Shown here: piece by piece, positions 13,251-26,831 of the stretch
Layout: every line of letters starts with the position of its first letter
Numbering within the stretch: the first letter of the stretch is position 1
NCBI RefSeq assembly: GCF_963921235.1
Contig: NC_086100.1
Location: 166,408,001-166,472,000, forward strand
Reading direction: 5' to 3'
Length of the DNA stretch: 64,000 bases
DNA from: Mobula hypostoma
Lineage: Eukaryota
Notes under the pieces: generated by a model
What the model saw: the letters and a program-made list of their open reading frames with translations, nothing else
Databases searched by the model: none
What the model was told of the DNA's origin: nothing
Translations under genes and position numbers: made by a program

Positions 13251-13900
13251 ACTTTACTTTATACTTTATTGTCGCCAAACAATTGATACTAGAATGTACA
13301 ATCATCACAGCAATATTTGATTCCGTGCTTCCCGCTGTCTGGATTACAAATATTAAATATTAAAGATTTAAATTATAAATCATAAATAGAAAATAGAAAA
13401 ATGGAAAGTAAGATAGTGCAAAAAAAACTGAGAGGCAGGTCCAGATATTTGGAGGGTACGGCCCAGATCCGGGTCAGGATCCGTTCAGCAGTCTTATCAC
13501 AGTTGGAAAGAAGCTGTTCCCAAATCTGGCCATATGAGTCTTCAAGCTCCTGAGCCTTCTTCCGGAGGGAAGAGTGACGAAAAGTGTGTTGGTTGGGTGG
13601 GTCGTGTCCTTGATTATCCTGGCAGCACTGCTCCGACAGCGTGCGGTGTAAAGTGAGTCCAAGGATGGAAGATTGGTTTTTGTGATGTGCTGCGCCGTGT
13701 TCACGATCTTCTGCAGCTTCTTCCGGTCTTGGACAGGACAACTTCCATACCAGGTTGTGATGCACCCTAGAAGAATGCTTTCTATGGTGCATCTATAAAA
13801 ATCAGTGAGGGTTTTAGGGGACAGGCCAAATTTCTTTAGTTTTCTCAGGAAGTAAAGGCGCTGGTGGGCCTTCTTGGCAGTGGACTCTGCTTGGTTGGGG
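13251..13900 (-). mobile_element. Rex1/Babar-type LINE 3' end
   Basis: IIKDTTHPTNTLFVTLPSGRRLRSLKTHMARFGNSFFPTVIRLLN C-terminal signature and short-repeat tail. Confidence 0.85.
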
Positions 13901-14569
13901 AGTTAAAGGTTAAAGGTTACTAGGGATGGACAGGAATGTGGACGAGGTTATAATTAGATCAGCTGAGTGTATTCAAGTTCAATAGATTTTTGAAGAACAA
14001 GGAAATAGGTACAGGGATAAGTCAGAAAATTGTAGCTACATTTAAAAATAAAAGAAAAGCCGAGCATGAAAAGGGACCAAATGGCTAACCCCGCTTCTAT
14101 GTTCTAATCAGTTCACTTAATGTGATACACCGGCCCAAAGGATGGATGTAAATATCGACTCTGTTACCATCTATTCCACAGCTCCCTACACATACTGTTG
14201 TAACAAAACAACAGGACTATTCTACTCAACATTTTCAATGTCTAAAGCTCTCTGATCACCATCAACACAGCTGTTATGGGAGTTTTTTCCTTGTTAGAGT
14301 GGTTGATCACATAGCAGCACAGATACAGAAGCATAAAGCACATAGAGAGTGTTCTCTGACATAACTAGCAGAGACCAAAGGCCAACATGAAACAATCTTC
14401 TGAAAGGTGGTGAATAGACTCATCTGGATTCAATCCAGGGTGCTGTAGAGTTGGTTGGATGAATCAGAATTAGTACACGTGACAGCCGCTCCCAGCTGTA
14501 ACCATCACAGAAATCCTGGGGGTGGGACTAAATTAAATGGACATTTTGATTGGCATGGCACATCAAACT

Positions 14570-14760
14570 CTAAAAGAACTTAGTGGGTCAAGCAGTATTC
14601 ATGAAGGGAGATGGACAGGCAACGTTTCAGGTCAGATGAAGAGTCTCAACACAAAATATCGACTGCCCATTTCCCTCCTTAGATGTTGTATGACCTGCTG
14701 AGTTCCTTCAGTGTTTGTGTGTTGCTCGAGATACCAGCACCTGCAGTTTTGTCCCTGTCT
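14570..14760. mobile_element. Penelope-derived fold-back element
   Basis: Inverted copies of the Penelope terminus around the hammerhead remnant gtcagatgaagagtctcaacacaaaatatcgactg. Confidence 0.6.
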
Positions 14761-15257
14761 TGGTTAGCAGGGACCAGTTGGGCCAAAGGGCTGTATGATT
14801 CTATAACCACGTGTGACATGGAGCAGTGCTGTTTTCATAAGAGTGACTCGCATTGTGCAGATTTATCCCCACTCCCAAAACACAGCAGAATAGCTTCAAC
14901 TTGCTCAGCTACGTTTACAAAGACACTGATTGACCAAATAAATCATAAAGCAAGAATGATTAAGAATCCAGCCAGGTTGTTATCTAAAGAGCGTTGATTT
15001 GAAGAAGCTACGCATTGGCAAATCCTATAAACGATTCCTTGCTTAACACTTTCAATGATGGCAGTCTCACATTATTCACATGATAACTCAGCCATGATGG
15101 CACAAGATTAAAGTAGTGAGAGCAGATTAGAATCAGGGAGAGAGAGATAGATAACAGGCAGACAAGTCCTTCAGCCCACCAAGTTTGCAGTGAACATCCA
15201 TTTACAACCCCACTTTAATCTCATTTTATTTATCATCTCATTTCTATCTCATCCAAC

Positions 15258-15480
15258 TTATTCTTCTCACCTGCACACAAAGCACGATTTACTGTAGTCA
15301 GTTAACCTTCCAATCCGCTCATCTTTGGGATGTGGAAGGAAACCGGAGCTTCCTGGGAAAACCCAGGAATCACAGGGAGAGTATGAAAGTTCCTCACACA
15401 CAGCACCCAAAGTCAGGATTGAACGTGAGTCTCTAGTACTGTGATGCAGCATCTCTGTTCACTGCGCCACAGTACCGCCC
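15258..15480 (-). mobile_element. tRNA-derived V-SINE (HE1-like)
   Basis: tRNA-like head followed by V-domain (..tctccctgtgattcctgggttttcccaggaagctccggtttccttccacatcccaaaga on the minus strand). Confidence 0.8.
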
Positions 15481-15774
15481 GTATTGTCAGGGCTGGGAAG
15501 TACCTTGCAAATTTTGCCTTCCCCTAACTCATCAACAGGCTGGAAGTAAATTCAGTGTCTTGATCACTAACATGGTGGTCATCTATTAAAGATTCCAAAC
15601 ACCCAGGCCACACCACCTTCTCACAGCTACCATCGGGTAGAGAGCAGAGACTCCTGAAATCCACCAGGTTCAAGAACAGCTATGTCCCGTCAACCATTCG
15701 GTTCTTGGAGTGACCAGCACAATCTTAATCACTTGAGTTTACCAACACAATGAACACTTTGAACATCAGATGAG

Positions 15775-16190
15775 ATAGAAATGAGATGATAAATAAAATG
15801 AGAGGAGATCCTGTAGAAACATATAAAATTATGAAAGGGGTAGATAAGATAGAGGCAGGAAAGTTGTTTCCACTGGTAAGTGAGACTAGAACTAGGGGAC
15901 ATAGCCTCAAGATTCGGGGGAGTAGATTTGGAATGGAGATGAGGAGGATCTGCTTTTCCCGGTGAGTGGTGAATCTGTGGAATTCTCTGCCTAATGAAGC
16001 AGTGGAGGCTACCTCAGTAAATATATTTATGACAAGGTTGGATAGATTTTTGCATAGTAGGGAGATTAAGAGTTATGGGGAAAAGGCAGGTAGGTGGAGA
16101 TGAGTCCAGATCAGCCATGATCTTACTGAATGGCGGAGCAGGATCGACAGGCCAGATGGCCGACTCCTACTCCCATTTCATAAATTCTTA
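15775..16190 (+). mobile_element. CR1 3' end inserted in a Rex1-type fragment (15560-16400)
   Basis: RGDPVETYKIMKG...RTRGHSLK-type coding remnant and CR1 3' UTR. Confidence 0.8.
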
Positions 16191-16944
16191 TTGATCACTT
16201 TACACTAAAATGGGCTTTGCTTTGTTCAAATTGTGTCGTTACTTGTAAAAAAAATCATTTATCATTTATGATTAATTTATGTGTTTCTTGTGAAAGCTGC
16301 TATGTGCCTGTAGTGCGGTTGCAGGCAAGGCTTTCATTGCACCTACGCATACACAGACTTGTGCAGATGACAATAAACTTGGCTCGACTTGGACTGACCC
16401 AGTGGATGCCAGGGAGGAAATCACACATAGAGGGACACGGGTTAAAGGAAAATTCAAAGGGGTTGTGGGATTCTGACCTTAGCACTAGAGAGGTGAAACT
16501 AAAAGTACAAAGTGATACAAAACCCAACCTAGCCTCAGCCACTTCAAACATGTTTCAAACCCAAGCACAGATGTCCCAATGGAAAGGATGCCAGATTGTG
16601 AAAATCAGATTTATCACATCAGATTGGAAATGCAGATGAGTCATCGTTTCATAAGGAATGACTATTGAACTATCCAGGAGGTGAGAAGGGGAGTGATGAA
16701 AAGGCAGTGTTGCATCTCCTGTGGTTGCATGGGGAGTACTCAAAGAGGAGAGCACTTTGAGGAGCAGATTAAGAAGTCGAGGGCAAGGAGCCTTTGAAGT
16801 GCTGGACAAGAGGGATCAGGAAGACAGGTTTAGTGGTGGAATCCCTCGAAGGTGAGAGAAGTTGCAAAAGGTATCAGCCATTGAATTCAGAAGCTGATGG
16901 GCCCAAGGAAACACCATCATTTTCAAGGGTGCAGGCAGAGGAAA

Positions 16945-17190
16945 AGGTAAGGAGCTGTACGTTTTCCCCACCACCGCAGGGGTTTCCTCTAGGTGCTTCA
17001 TTTATCTCCCACAGTCCAAAGATGTACCGGTTAGGGTTGATGAGTAGTGGGCATGATATGTTGGCACTGGAAGCACAGAGACGCTTGTGGGCTGTGCTGA
17101 GCACAACCTCAGACTGTGGTGGTCGTTGGCACAAACAACACATTTCACTCCATGTTTCAATGCAGATATAACTATTAATGCTAATAAATA
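16945..17190 (+). mobile_element. V-SINE, 5'-truncated (same family as 26832-27142)
   Basis: V-domain gggtttcctctaggtgcttc...ctcccacagtccaaaga and shared 3' tail. Confidence 0.7.
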
Positions 17191-18183
17191 AAGGAGCAGA
17201 AAGTGGATGAAGCATGGTTGGGATCTCGATTGGTGACGGTAAAAGGGAAGCTACGGTTAAAGAGAAAGAAAGACCACTGAGAGACACAGAGAGTGATTCT
17301 GAACCATTCACAACACCCACCCACTCCACTACCTTCAACACCAGTGGTACAAATATTCATCAACCTCAGGCTAGAACATATACCGTTACCAAAAGGCCTC
17401 TGGAGAGAGTGTGTCCCAAAGACTAATGGGCAGTTAGACAATAGATGCATGTAAACAAAACGCACAATAGTTCAAAGTAATGTGGTAAAATTTAAATATA
17501 AATCTATCCCCTCTCCTTTCTTGCTCCACGTCACAGACCACAATGCTGCACTGAAGCTTATGTTTGGGGATTTTAAAACTACTTGGAGTAAAATGTATTC
17601 AGTTTTTATTCAACCATATTATGCAGATTTATATAGTGACACTGGGGAATTCAGTCACACTTCCTCAACAGCTGTACACTCTGCAAATCATGCTTTGTAG
17701 CATCAGGTCATTTAGCACCACAACTAATTGTTATAATGATCAGATGGGTCAAAGCTACAGATGGGCTTAGGCATCATGAAATATTGTATTGGCATTCTAC
17801 AAACGTACATCTGACACAGTACTGGCACTAGATACAACACAGAACTGTACAGCATAGGTATAAGCCCTTCGGTCCACATTGTCTGCACCAAATTAAACTA
17901 AATCCCTTCTGCCCGAACGCAATTCGTATCCCTCCATCCCTGCATATTCATGTGTCTGTCTAACAGCCTCTTAAAGACCACAGTGGTATCTATGATACCT
18001 TCTATCCTAGCTGACAGAGATGTGGATCAGTGGGTAGGGGACCCTGAGAAGGCTGTGGGTTCAAGCTCACCTCCAGAGACTCAAGCACCATACATTGCTC
18101 AACACTCCATTGGGAACGCCGCACCGTCAACATGCCACTTTTCAAATGGCCCACTAGACAGTCAGTCCTATCAGGTTGTCATA

Positions 18184-19580
18184 GCTGGGGGTGAGAGTGG
18201 GGACAAGCTCCCACTACCTATTAAATGCTCCCAATGGCGTGCACCTCAAATAGCCCCTGACAACCAAGTCCTGGCCTTCACATGTGGTTTAGTTACTAAG
18301 CCCAGCAGAACCATTTCTACTGACAGGATAAGGGGCGAAGGCGGGTTACTAGGGCCTTAAAACCAGTCGCTTCTGGCAGATGGGTGCTTGTCAGCAGTGG
18401 CTGGCAGCTCATCTAAGAGAAGGAAAATTCTGATCTCAAACCTCCGCTGCCTTGTGGCTAAACGCACTCATGGGGAAGGCTTTGGGAGTAAACTCCAAGG
18501 GACAAATCTGGAGCTGGAGTCCCTAAGGCAGTCCTACACTGAGTTCAACACTGACTGGCAACTTCTGGTACCAAAATGTATCGGTCTCTGCCGTTCCTTT
18601 GGGTTTATCGGATGCGTGGAAAGGGGGAGCTTGCTACATGGGCAACAGCTTGCTCTCCGTATCTAGACAGTGTGACGAGAATACACATAAAAATTAAGAT
18701 GTTTGCTGGCCTGGGCTAGCATCAGTGGCATCAGCAGTTGGTCTGCCACCTGCCCTCAGGGGAAGGAGAGATAAGGAACAATGGAGCAGCGTCTGGAGAT
18801 GTGTAATGAAGGGACGTGGGAGAGAGAGCTGTCTGGAGCGGCTCCCCCCTTTGAACCTTGAACTGTTTGAAGTGATGGACAGGCGATACCCCAGCAGGGG
18901 GATAAAAAGGGACCAGTTCGCTAAGGCAGCACACACACGCCACCCGAGGTAACGAGACCCTGGAAGCGGTGCGCCTCTCACGAGTGGGTGAGAAGTACCA
19001 GACAACGGCCAGGGTGGAAAGGTACGATCAGCGGGAACCCGGTGTGTGTCCGCCCTTGCCTGGGTGCCGGGTTCACTGCAGAGGATCGACCGCATCTGGA
19101 GGAGGGGTCACAGTCGGTGACCTCAGGTGACATCACCAAGGACCCGCCCAAAAGTTGCTTGTGAGCCATCTCGCCGGTCTGTGAGTGAAGCAGTGTTCTG
19201 AATGATCAGTTGTTCCTGTTCCATCTCTCTCTTCCCCCACGTTGTCCATTGCCATGGCAACGATTACTGCGAACTGAACTGGACTGAACTTTGAGTCATT
19301 TTGAAATTTGGTCATTTACCCCTAGACAACGATAGAGCTTGATTGATGCTGTTATCTTAATTCTGTGCACATGTGTGTTTATCATCGCTGAACTGTTGCA
19401 TTTATTATCCTTTCGATTACTGTGTTGCTTGTTTCTTTAATAAAACTTTCTTAGTTCTAGTACTCCAGACTCCAACTGAGTGATCCATTTCTGCTGGTTT
19501 GGCAACCCAGTTACGGGGTACGTAACAACAGCTAGGTCACAATAACCATGGTCAGCTCTGACTGATAGGGGACTCAGACT
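18184..19580 (+). mobile_element. Short non-autonomous non-LTR element (Vingi/RTE-like) with 5' HDV-like fold, interrupted by a solo LTR
   Basis: Non-coding ~0.54 kb once the LTR is removed; nested pseudoknot pairings at 18184-18329. Clade assignment is inference and no TSD was found. Confidence 0.5.
18671..19527 (+). mobile_element. Solo LTR related to the LTRs of 8283-13220
   Basis: TGTGACGAGAATACAC...GGGGTACGTAACA, 857 bp, 4-bp TSD ACAG (18667-18670 / 19528-19531). Confidence 0.93.
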
Positions 19581-19959
19581 AACTTATTTGTGCTTCTAGG
19601 CTCCGAATCCAGATGACCACTTCAAAATTCATTCTGAAAGGACACAAAATTTTCAGGAAGTGCAACTAAATATAAATAACCAGCCTCATAAAGATCCCAA
19701 AAGAAGGAAGTTCAAGCTGCAAACAGGGGATTACTGGAAATGCTTCAAAAGTTGCCATTAAGCATGGCTGTTGGGCACGGATCAGTGTGGAGCGGCTGAA
19801 CACAATATCCGCAGCACTCCACTCCATACCGGAGCCCCTGTGGTACTGAACAGAGATTCATATACAGCACAGAAACAGACCCTTCGACCCATTTAGGCCT
19901 CGCTTACCATCAATCACCCATCTGGACCAATCCCACTTTTATTTCATTTTAATCTCCCT

Positions 19960-20195
19960 CCATTCCATCGGTTCCCCACAGATTCCACCACCCTCCTACA
20001 CACTAGGGGCAATCCGCAACTGCTAAGTAACCTACCAACTTACATGTCTTCAAGAGGGCGGAGTAAACCGGAACACCACACCTGACCACAGAGAGAACGT
20101 GCACACTCTATGCAGGCGGAATCCAAAGTCAAGGCAGCACCATGTCTCTGGCACTGTGAAAAGCAGTGGTAGCTCCACGTTGGGGCACACTGCCT
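19960..20195 (-). mobile_element. Decayed V-SINE
   Basis: Degenerate V-domain and tRNA-like head similar to 15258-15480. Confidence 0.55.
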
Positions 20196-20759
20196 CCTGA
20201 GCAGTCTTCATCCATTAGCCACAGGGGATAGTGACAGTCACTCTGCTTTCTGGACACAAAACAGCCCCTCTGCGATACTACCTGGAAGCTGTAGCCCAGA
20301 TCCAATACACGGAAGCATCAACCCCACTGGAGGCACCAGATCAGTGTGGAGCTGCTGAACGCAGTATCCACAGCACTAGGCTCCATACCGATGCTCCATT
20401 GGTACTCAGCCTACTACTGAACAATGTTCCTCCTCAGACCTGCCAGCAGCCTAGTTAACATGTGTGATTACGACAAGGTCTGTGTAACCTAATACACCAG
20501 CTCAGGCACAAACTTGCCAAGAACTGCTCCACTCCAACCGTCGAGGGTAGTCCAGTAGGATCATTCATTATGCACACTCATTTGATTCCCAGAGTCACTG
20601 AGACAGTCTGGACCCAGCCCAGTCACACACAGTGAAGGGAACAAGTTTATGGCTGCACATTACCTCTACAAACAGCTGGCCCCGACATGCTGAAGGGAAG
20701 CACAAAAGCAAACCAAAGGAGAGGCAAGCTCCAGATTCAGCTAGAATTCACGTATCAAG

Positions 20760-21630
20760 ATGCTTCTGACAGTAGAGAGCAGTGTGCTGGTGAGGTGACG
20801 GGTTGGGTCCACTACTCTCCGCACCTTCTTATGTTGATGTGCATTCGAATTGCCGCGCCAGACCATAGTGCAACTAGCCAGGATACTTCCAACAGTACAT
20901 CTGTAGAAGTTTGTTAGGGTGTTCAGTGACCAGCTGAACCTCCTTAATCTCACTTTTGATCGCATCTGTATGCTGGGCAGGTCATCTGATAAGTTAACAT
21001 TAGGGAATGTATAGATAACCTCTCACAATTTCCAGATTGAAGGAGACAATGAGATGCCCCAGATCTACAGATCACGTCCTGTTGAAAGTATCCCGGCTGG
21101 GTGCATCATGGACCAGTTTGGTAATTTGAACATGTAGGATGTGAGAAGCTGCACAGTGGTGCAAACTCAGCCTAATACATCACGCGCACATCTCTCCCCA
21201 GCAACACGAGGCAACGCCTCGAAGAAACATCCATAATCAAAGATCTCCTATCCCGACCATCATCTTCACGTGACTATCATCAGACAGGAGCTACTCGGTA
21301 CCGAAGACTGAAGTCCCAAACAACCACACTCAACAGTAGCTACTTCCCTTCAACCATTTGGTTCTTGAACCAAGTGGCCCAATTCAAATCACTCCAATTT
21401 AGCAACACAATGGTCACTTTGATCACTTTGCGCTAAAATTAACTTTATTTTTCTTCGTTCTAATTTTATTTTCTTGTAAAAATTGTGTATAATATTTGTT
21501 GAATTTATGTTTATCTTGTGAAAGCTGCTTATATGATGCAATGTACCCTTGATGCTGCTGCAAGTAAATTTTTTCATTGCACCAATGCATACGTGCGCTT
21601 GTGCTTTTGACAATAAACTCGACTTTGAAC
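20760..21630. mobile_element. Rex1/Babar fragments in opposite orientations
   Basis: LTNFYRCTVGSILASCTMVWRGN on minus (20741-20965); a homologous 3' end on plus from ~21060. Confidence 0.65.
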
Positions 21631-22299
21631 TTCGAGGCAACACAGGGATCATGACATACAACAAACCGCCACAACCAACATTCAGATCACAACATGACAA
21701 ACAAGACAAAGTGTAGATCGAAGCATCACTTAGCCAAAATGCCTCTCTTTTCTTTGCAACAGGATCATTCACATCGGTCTGAAAGGTGGGACCACAGTTT
21801 ACCATTTCTTCCAGAAGGCCATGCCTTTCACAGTGCAATCCTCCTCTGCATCATCCTCTGAAATGTCACATCTCCTTCGCACTAAACTCTGAAAATACTC
21901 AGCCTGCCAGTCAGCATCTTATTGGAACTAGCTCATTTCATCTTTGAATCTTCAGCAATCTCTATGCCTGGGTTGAATCAGCACAATGCGTGCTTTAAAC
22001 ATTCCACTTCACGGTTCAATGCTGACAGAAATGAGATGATGATTATGCATGATCTGTCAACCTCTGCAAATAAACTTTCCACATGCTCCATTCTCGATAC
22101 TTGGCAGGAAAAGAACCTACAGCCCCAGCTGGCTGGTCAAATCAGAAACATATGGACCTCGCTTGGATTTGCAAGGATCATATGATTTAAGGCCAGGAGT
22201 CTAACTCTGGGAACTGCAGTTCCCAAGAAAATACTCAGGAATTCAGCTCTGCATTTCTACACACAGTTAGCGGGAAAATATGTCCCTCTGCAAAGAACC

Positions 22300-22900
22300 T
22301 AGAACAATACAGCACAGATCCAGGCTCTTCGGCCCCGATGATGTCTGTGCCAACCATGATGCCATACAATTAATCCCATCTGTTTGCACATGGTCTCTAT
22401 CTCTCCATTCTCTGCCTGCTCATGATTCAATCACTGTTATTGTATCTGTTTTCACAACTGCCCCAGGCAGTTCCAGGCACCTGCCACTTTCTGTATAAAA
22501 GTAATCTTCCCTAATAAATCTTTAAACTTTCTGCCTCTCCATTAAAACTATGTCCTCTATGATTTGACGTTTTCACCCAGGGACAAAGGCACTGGTGATC
22601 TCCTCCATCTTTGCCCCTCCCCTCAGCCTCCAATCATCCAGAGAAAACAACCTAAGCATGTCCAAACTCTGCTCATAAATCATACTCTCCAATCCAGGGC
22701 ACATCCTAGTGAACTACTTCTGCATCCTTTCCAAAGCCTCCATATCCTTCCTATAATCTGGTGACCAGAACTGCCCACAATACTCCCAAACGTGGCCTAA
22801 CCAAGGCTTATAGAACTATAATGTAACTTCACAACTTTTGTACTCAGCTCCTTAACTCATGAAAGCAAGCACGTCATACACCTTCTTCATCACCGTTGTA
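22300..22900 (-). mobile_element. Decayed CR1 3' region
   Basis: Reverse complement contains RPRLGVLWAVLVT / RKDMEALERMQK-type CR1 remnants and the 3' UTR. Confidence 0.7.
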
Positions 22901-25244
22901 TCAAGGAATGCCCAATTTGTCATGCCTAACTTTATTCCAAAACTTTATAAAGAAGGAGGCAAATAAAAGTAATCAATATTCACTCTGCAAGTACCTACCA
23001 GTTAGTGCTCCATGGTACTAAGCTCCCCGGTTTAAGCAGGGAGGTTGATTAGAACATGGGAAGAACAGAAAGTGTCATTGCAGTAAGATTTAATGCAAAT
23101 GGGTTAGTTGATGGTAAGCATGGTCCTGGTGGGCCAAATGGCCTGTTTCCATACTGAATCTATGACTCTATGAGGTTGCATATTCATTTTATACTTGAGC
23201 ACACTAATTCTTGATGGAAAGGATAGAAGGCAGCAGAAGAAAAATATTCACAAAGCAAGTCTCAAAATAAATGTCCACATGTTTCTATTGCACTCTTATA
23301 AGAGTACTGAACACAAAAAAGATGAAGTGTGCTTTCTCAATCTACCTCACCACTGTCCTTACACGTTATTGTCTACCTGCACTTCACTTTCTGTAAATAC
23401 AACACTATATTCTGCATTCTGTTATTACCTTCCTTCTCTAGTACCACAATGCACTGTTGTAATGAAATGATCCAAATGGATGTCACGCAAACAAAAGCTT
23501 TTCACTGTACATGTGACAATAATAAACCCTTACACTGATTTTCCTTTCTCAAGAAAGTGAAGCCAGTTATTTATTCAAGTGCATCATCGCCAGGAATGTC
23601 AGTCTGGATTACACACTCAAAGCCATAACCAGATTTGAACTAAAAGTTTTTTAATCATTAACTCAGTATGAGAACACCTTGAACACTTAACCACTTTGCA
23701 TTACAATGGAACTTGATTTTGTCATTCTTCCTTGAGGGGGAAAAAAACACAATTAGAACAAACTTAATTTTTTGTTTCCAGATGTATGACAAATTTATAC
23801 TTAATTTAGGCTTTGTCAAAGTTGAGTTTATTGTTAAATATTGAACAAAAGTTAAACACCATTTTTGAAAGAAAGAACACAATAAAAACAAAAAGAAAGT
23901 CCATTTTAGTGCAAAGTGCTCAAACTGGTTCTAGTGTTACTAAACTGGAGTGATTTTCTTGTGAATTTTGCTTTTATGATGTTACGTGCCACGGTGCTGC
24001 TGCTAAATGCCACCTGTGCATACAAATACTTGAGCATATGACAATAAATGACAATTTTTAGCAAAAGCTCACTTTGCAGAAGGTGCAAAACCAAGAAGTT
24101 TTGCTGGCACAGAATCTAGAGTATCTCTACAAGGCTCTCCGAGGCACTTCAGATAAAGTTGGTCAAGTGGTTGAAATGAATCCAATTCCCCAAGGGCTCT
24201 CTTTGAATCATGATGAATCACCATTGTGTGTATGCACCACACTACATTTATCACAGTGCAATATAGTACACTAGTTGTCCTAAACCACTATTATAAGTCT
24301 CCAAGACAGGAAGTTAATCCATCTCTTTATACAGTCCAATGCTCTTCTTCATTCTGAAAAGGCAAAACAAATCTGCCTCACACCCAAAAGCTATTCTTTC
24401 AGACGACAGGGAACTATGTCAGATTATCTGAGTGAGTTACACATCATCCTAAACTCCCAATAGTATTCGGTTACAGCATTTGGCAGTCCTGCGGCAGCTT
24501 GCCCCAAAGCATTTTTATGCCTCTCCCTTAGTCTACACACTCACCTCCTTCCCCCCCCCCCACCTCTTCGCCCTGACAGAGCCCGAACAAGAGATTTTGG
24601 CTGTAGATTTTCCCTGACAACGGCTCATCACGTTCTCGTTCAGCTTCCAGGTAAGGCAAAGGGCTCACTGTGCAAAACGATGTGGGTGTACAAGCATGTG
24701 GTTGACAAGGTGAAGGTCCCCACGTAGATCAGACAGGAGGAACAGATGGTGTGCACAAGCATCAGGAGAAGGAACGGAAAAGAAGGCTGACCTAACAGTA
24801 AAACATCCTGCATTCGTACATAGAGCTACAAGAGACTGCAGATACTGGAATCTTCAGCAACAGACAAGACGTTGGAGAAAATCAGCCAGTCAGGCAGTAT
24901 CTGTGGAGGAACGTCAACTGTCCAGTTCCTTCCAACAGTGCTACCTAATATGGTAAATTCCTCCAGCATCTTATGATGCATTTGCACATGTTTAGGGTAC
25001 AGCAAGCTAACAGTTAAATAACAGCCATGTCGAGAGGTTAGCAATAGATCAAACACAAAGAAGTATCTAGGGTATAGTGTGCAGGTCAGAAAATGGGACT
25101 TAGACAAAGAATCATCTACAATCACAATGAAAGAGGAGCCTTGAAGTGCCAAACGGTCTACTTGCCATCCTACTTCTGGTTTCTATGTTTCACTGGAGAG
25201 AATGTGGGCGTCAGATCAAATTAGAGTACCAGTATTTTTTTAAA

Positions 25245-26400
25245 AAAAGAGGTTGGACAAACTTGGATTGTTCAGTCTGCAGCTTCAGAGGGTGAGGGAA
25301 GACCTGAGAGATGTGTTTAAGATTATGAGAGGCATCGATAAGGTAGACGGTCAGAGTCTTTTCCCCAGAGTAGAGAGGCCAAATACGAGAGGACATGTAT
25401 TTAAGGTGAAAGAAGGAAAGTTGTGTGGGCAATATTGTTTTTATACACACAGAGAGCGCTGGGTGCCTGGGATGGGCTGCTAGGGTTAATAGTAGAAGCA
25501 GATTCGACAGTGGCATTTAAGACACAGAGGGATATGGATCACATGCAGGCAGAGAGAGTCAGTTTAATTGGGCTTCGTGTTCAGCACAGCTTAGTTCAGT
25601 TAAACTCCATTCCCTGGTCAGGTTTTGTTTTATTCAATCGCAGGGTGTTGGGGACCACTGACGAGGTTCACCACTCTCACATTTGAGAAGTTGGGGCTGC
25701 CGCCTCCTTAAACCACAGCAGCCCTCCTGGCGAAGGTGTTCCCACAATGCTACGGGGAGTGTGTTCCAGGATTTAAGCCCAGTGATGATAAAGGAACGGC
25801 AATACATTTCCAAGTCAGGATAAAGCACACACTGGAAGGGAACGTATAGATGGTGCTGTTCCAAGGTGACTTTCCCACCTTAGTTTACAGCAGGTCAAAT
25901 GTAAGGGCAAAGCATACAGTTAATGTTCGGATCCTTAACAGCTCTGATATACAGAGGGATCTTGGGGCCCAAGCCCACAGCTCATTAGAAGTGGCCATAC
26001 TAGTTAGTAGGTTGGAAAAGCAGGGTACAATATTCTTGCCTTCAATAATCAGGGTGCTTAGTGCAAATGTTGGGAAATCATATTACAGCTGTATAAAACT
26101 TTGGTTAGGCCACACTTGGAGTATTGTGTGAAATTCTGGTTACCCCATTACAGGAAGGATGTGGACGTTTTGGAAAGGGTGCAAAAGTAAGTGACCACGA
26201 TGTGGCCTGGATTAGAGTATAGTCTAAAAAGAGGTTGGACAAACTTGGATTTTCTCTGCAGCATCAGAGGGCGAGGGGAGACCTGTCAGATGTTTTAAGA
26301 TTACAGGAGGCATCTGCAGGCAAAGATATTCAATTTAATTGTGCATTGTGTTCAGCACAGACATAGTGGGCCAAAGGGCCTTTGCTGTGCTGTGATCAAG
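25245..26400 (+). mobile_element. Cluster of decayed CR1 fragments
   Basis: LDKLGLFSLQLQRVREDLRDVFKIMRGIDKVD...NTRGHVFKV; QRDLG; [12 protein letters not shown]-type motifs. Confidence 0.75.
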
Positions 26401-26831
26401 AGAGAATCTGGCACGAGGATGAATGGACTATCCACATACTTCCTGAATCTGACTACAAGCCAATCTCCATTCATTCCACAGCACCACAAGCAAAGATCAC
26501 CAGTTGTGGGGTAGAAAAGAGGAAATCCTCCAGAAAAAAAGTATTTACCTAGCAATTCATTGTCATAGCAACAAAGAAGACAAGACCTGGAGACATCAAG
26601 GCCTTTACTAATGAGAAATATTTACCATCATATATTCAATGAAGTGAAAATAACTCTGTTAGGAACCAAATTCTCAACATGGCCACGTTCAATATGCCGA
26701 GTTTCCCTAGCAACCATTTACTTTCCAGTGAGCTCCTGAAATGATCCCTTCTGCCCACCCCCCACCCCTGCATTAGTACATGCATGACAGTGTATGGAAT
26801 GCATCATAGATCACCAATTCCTCTTCTGAAG

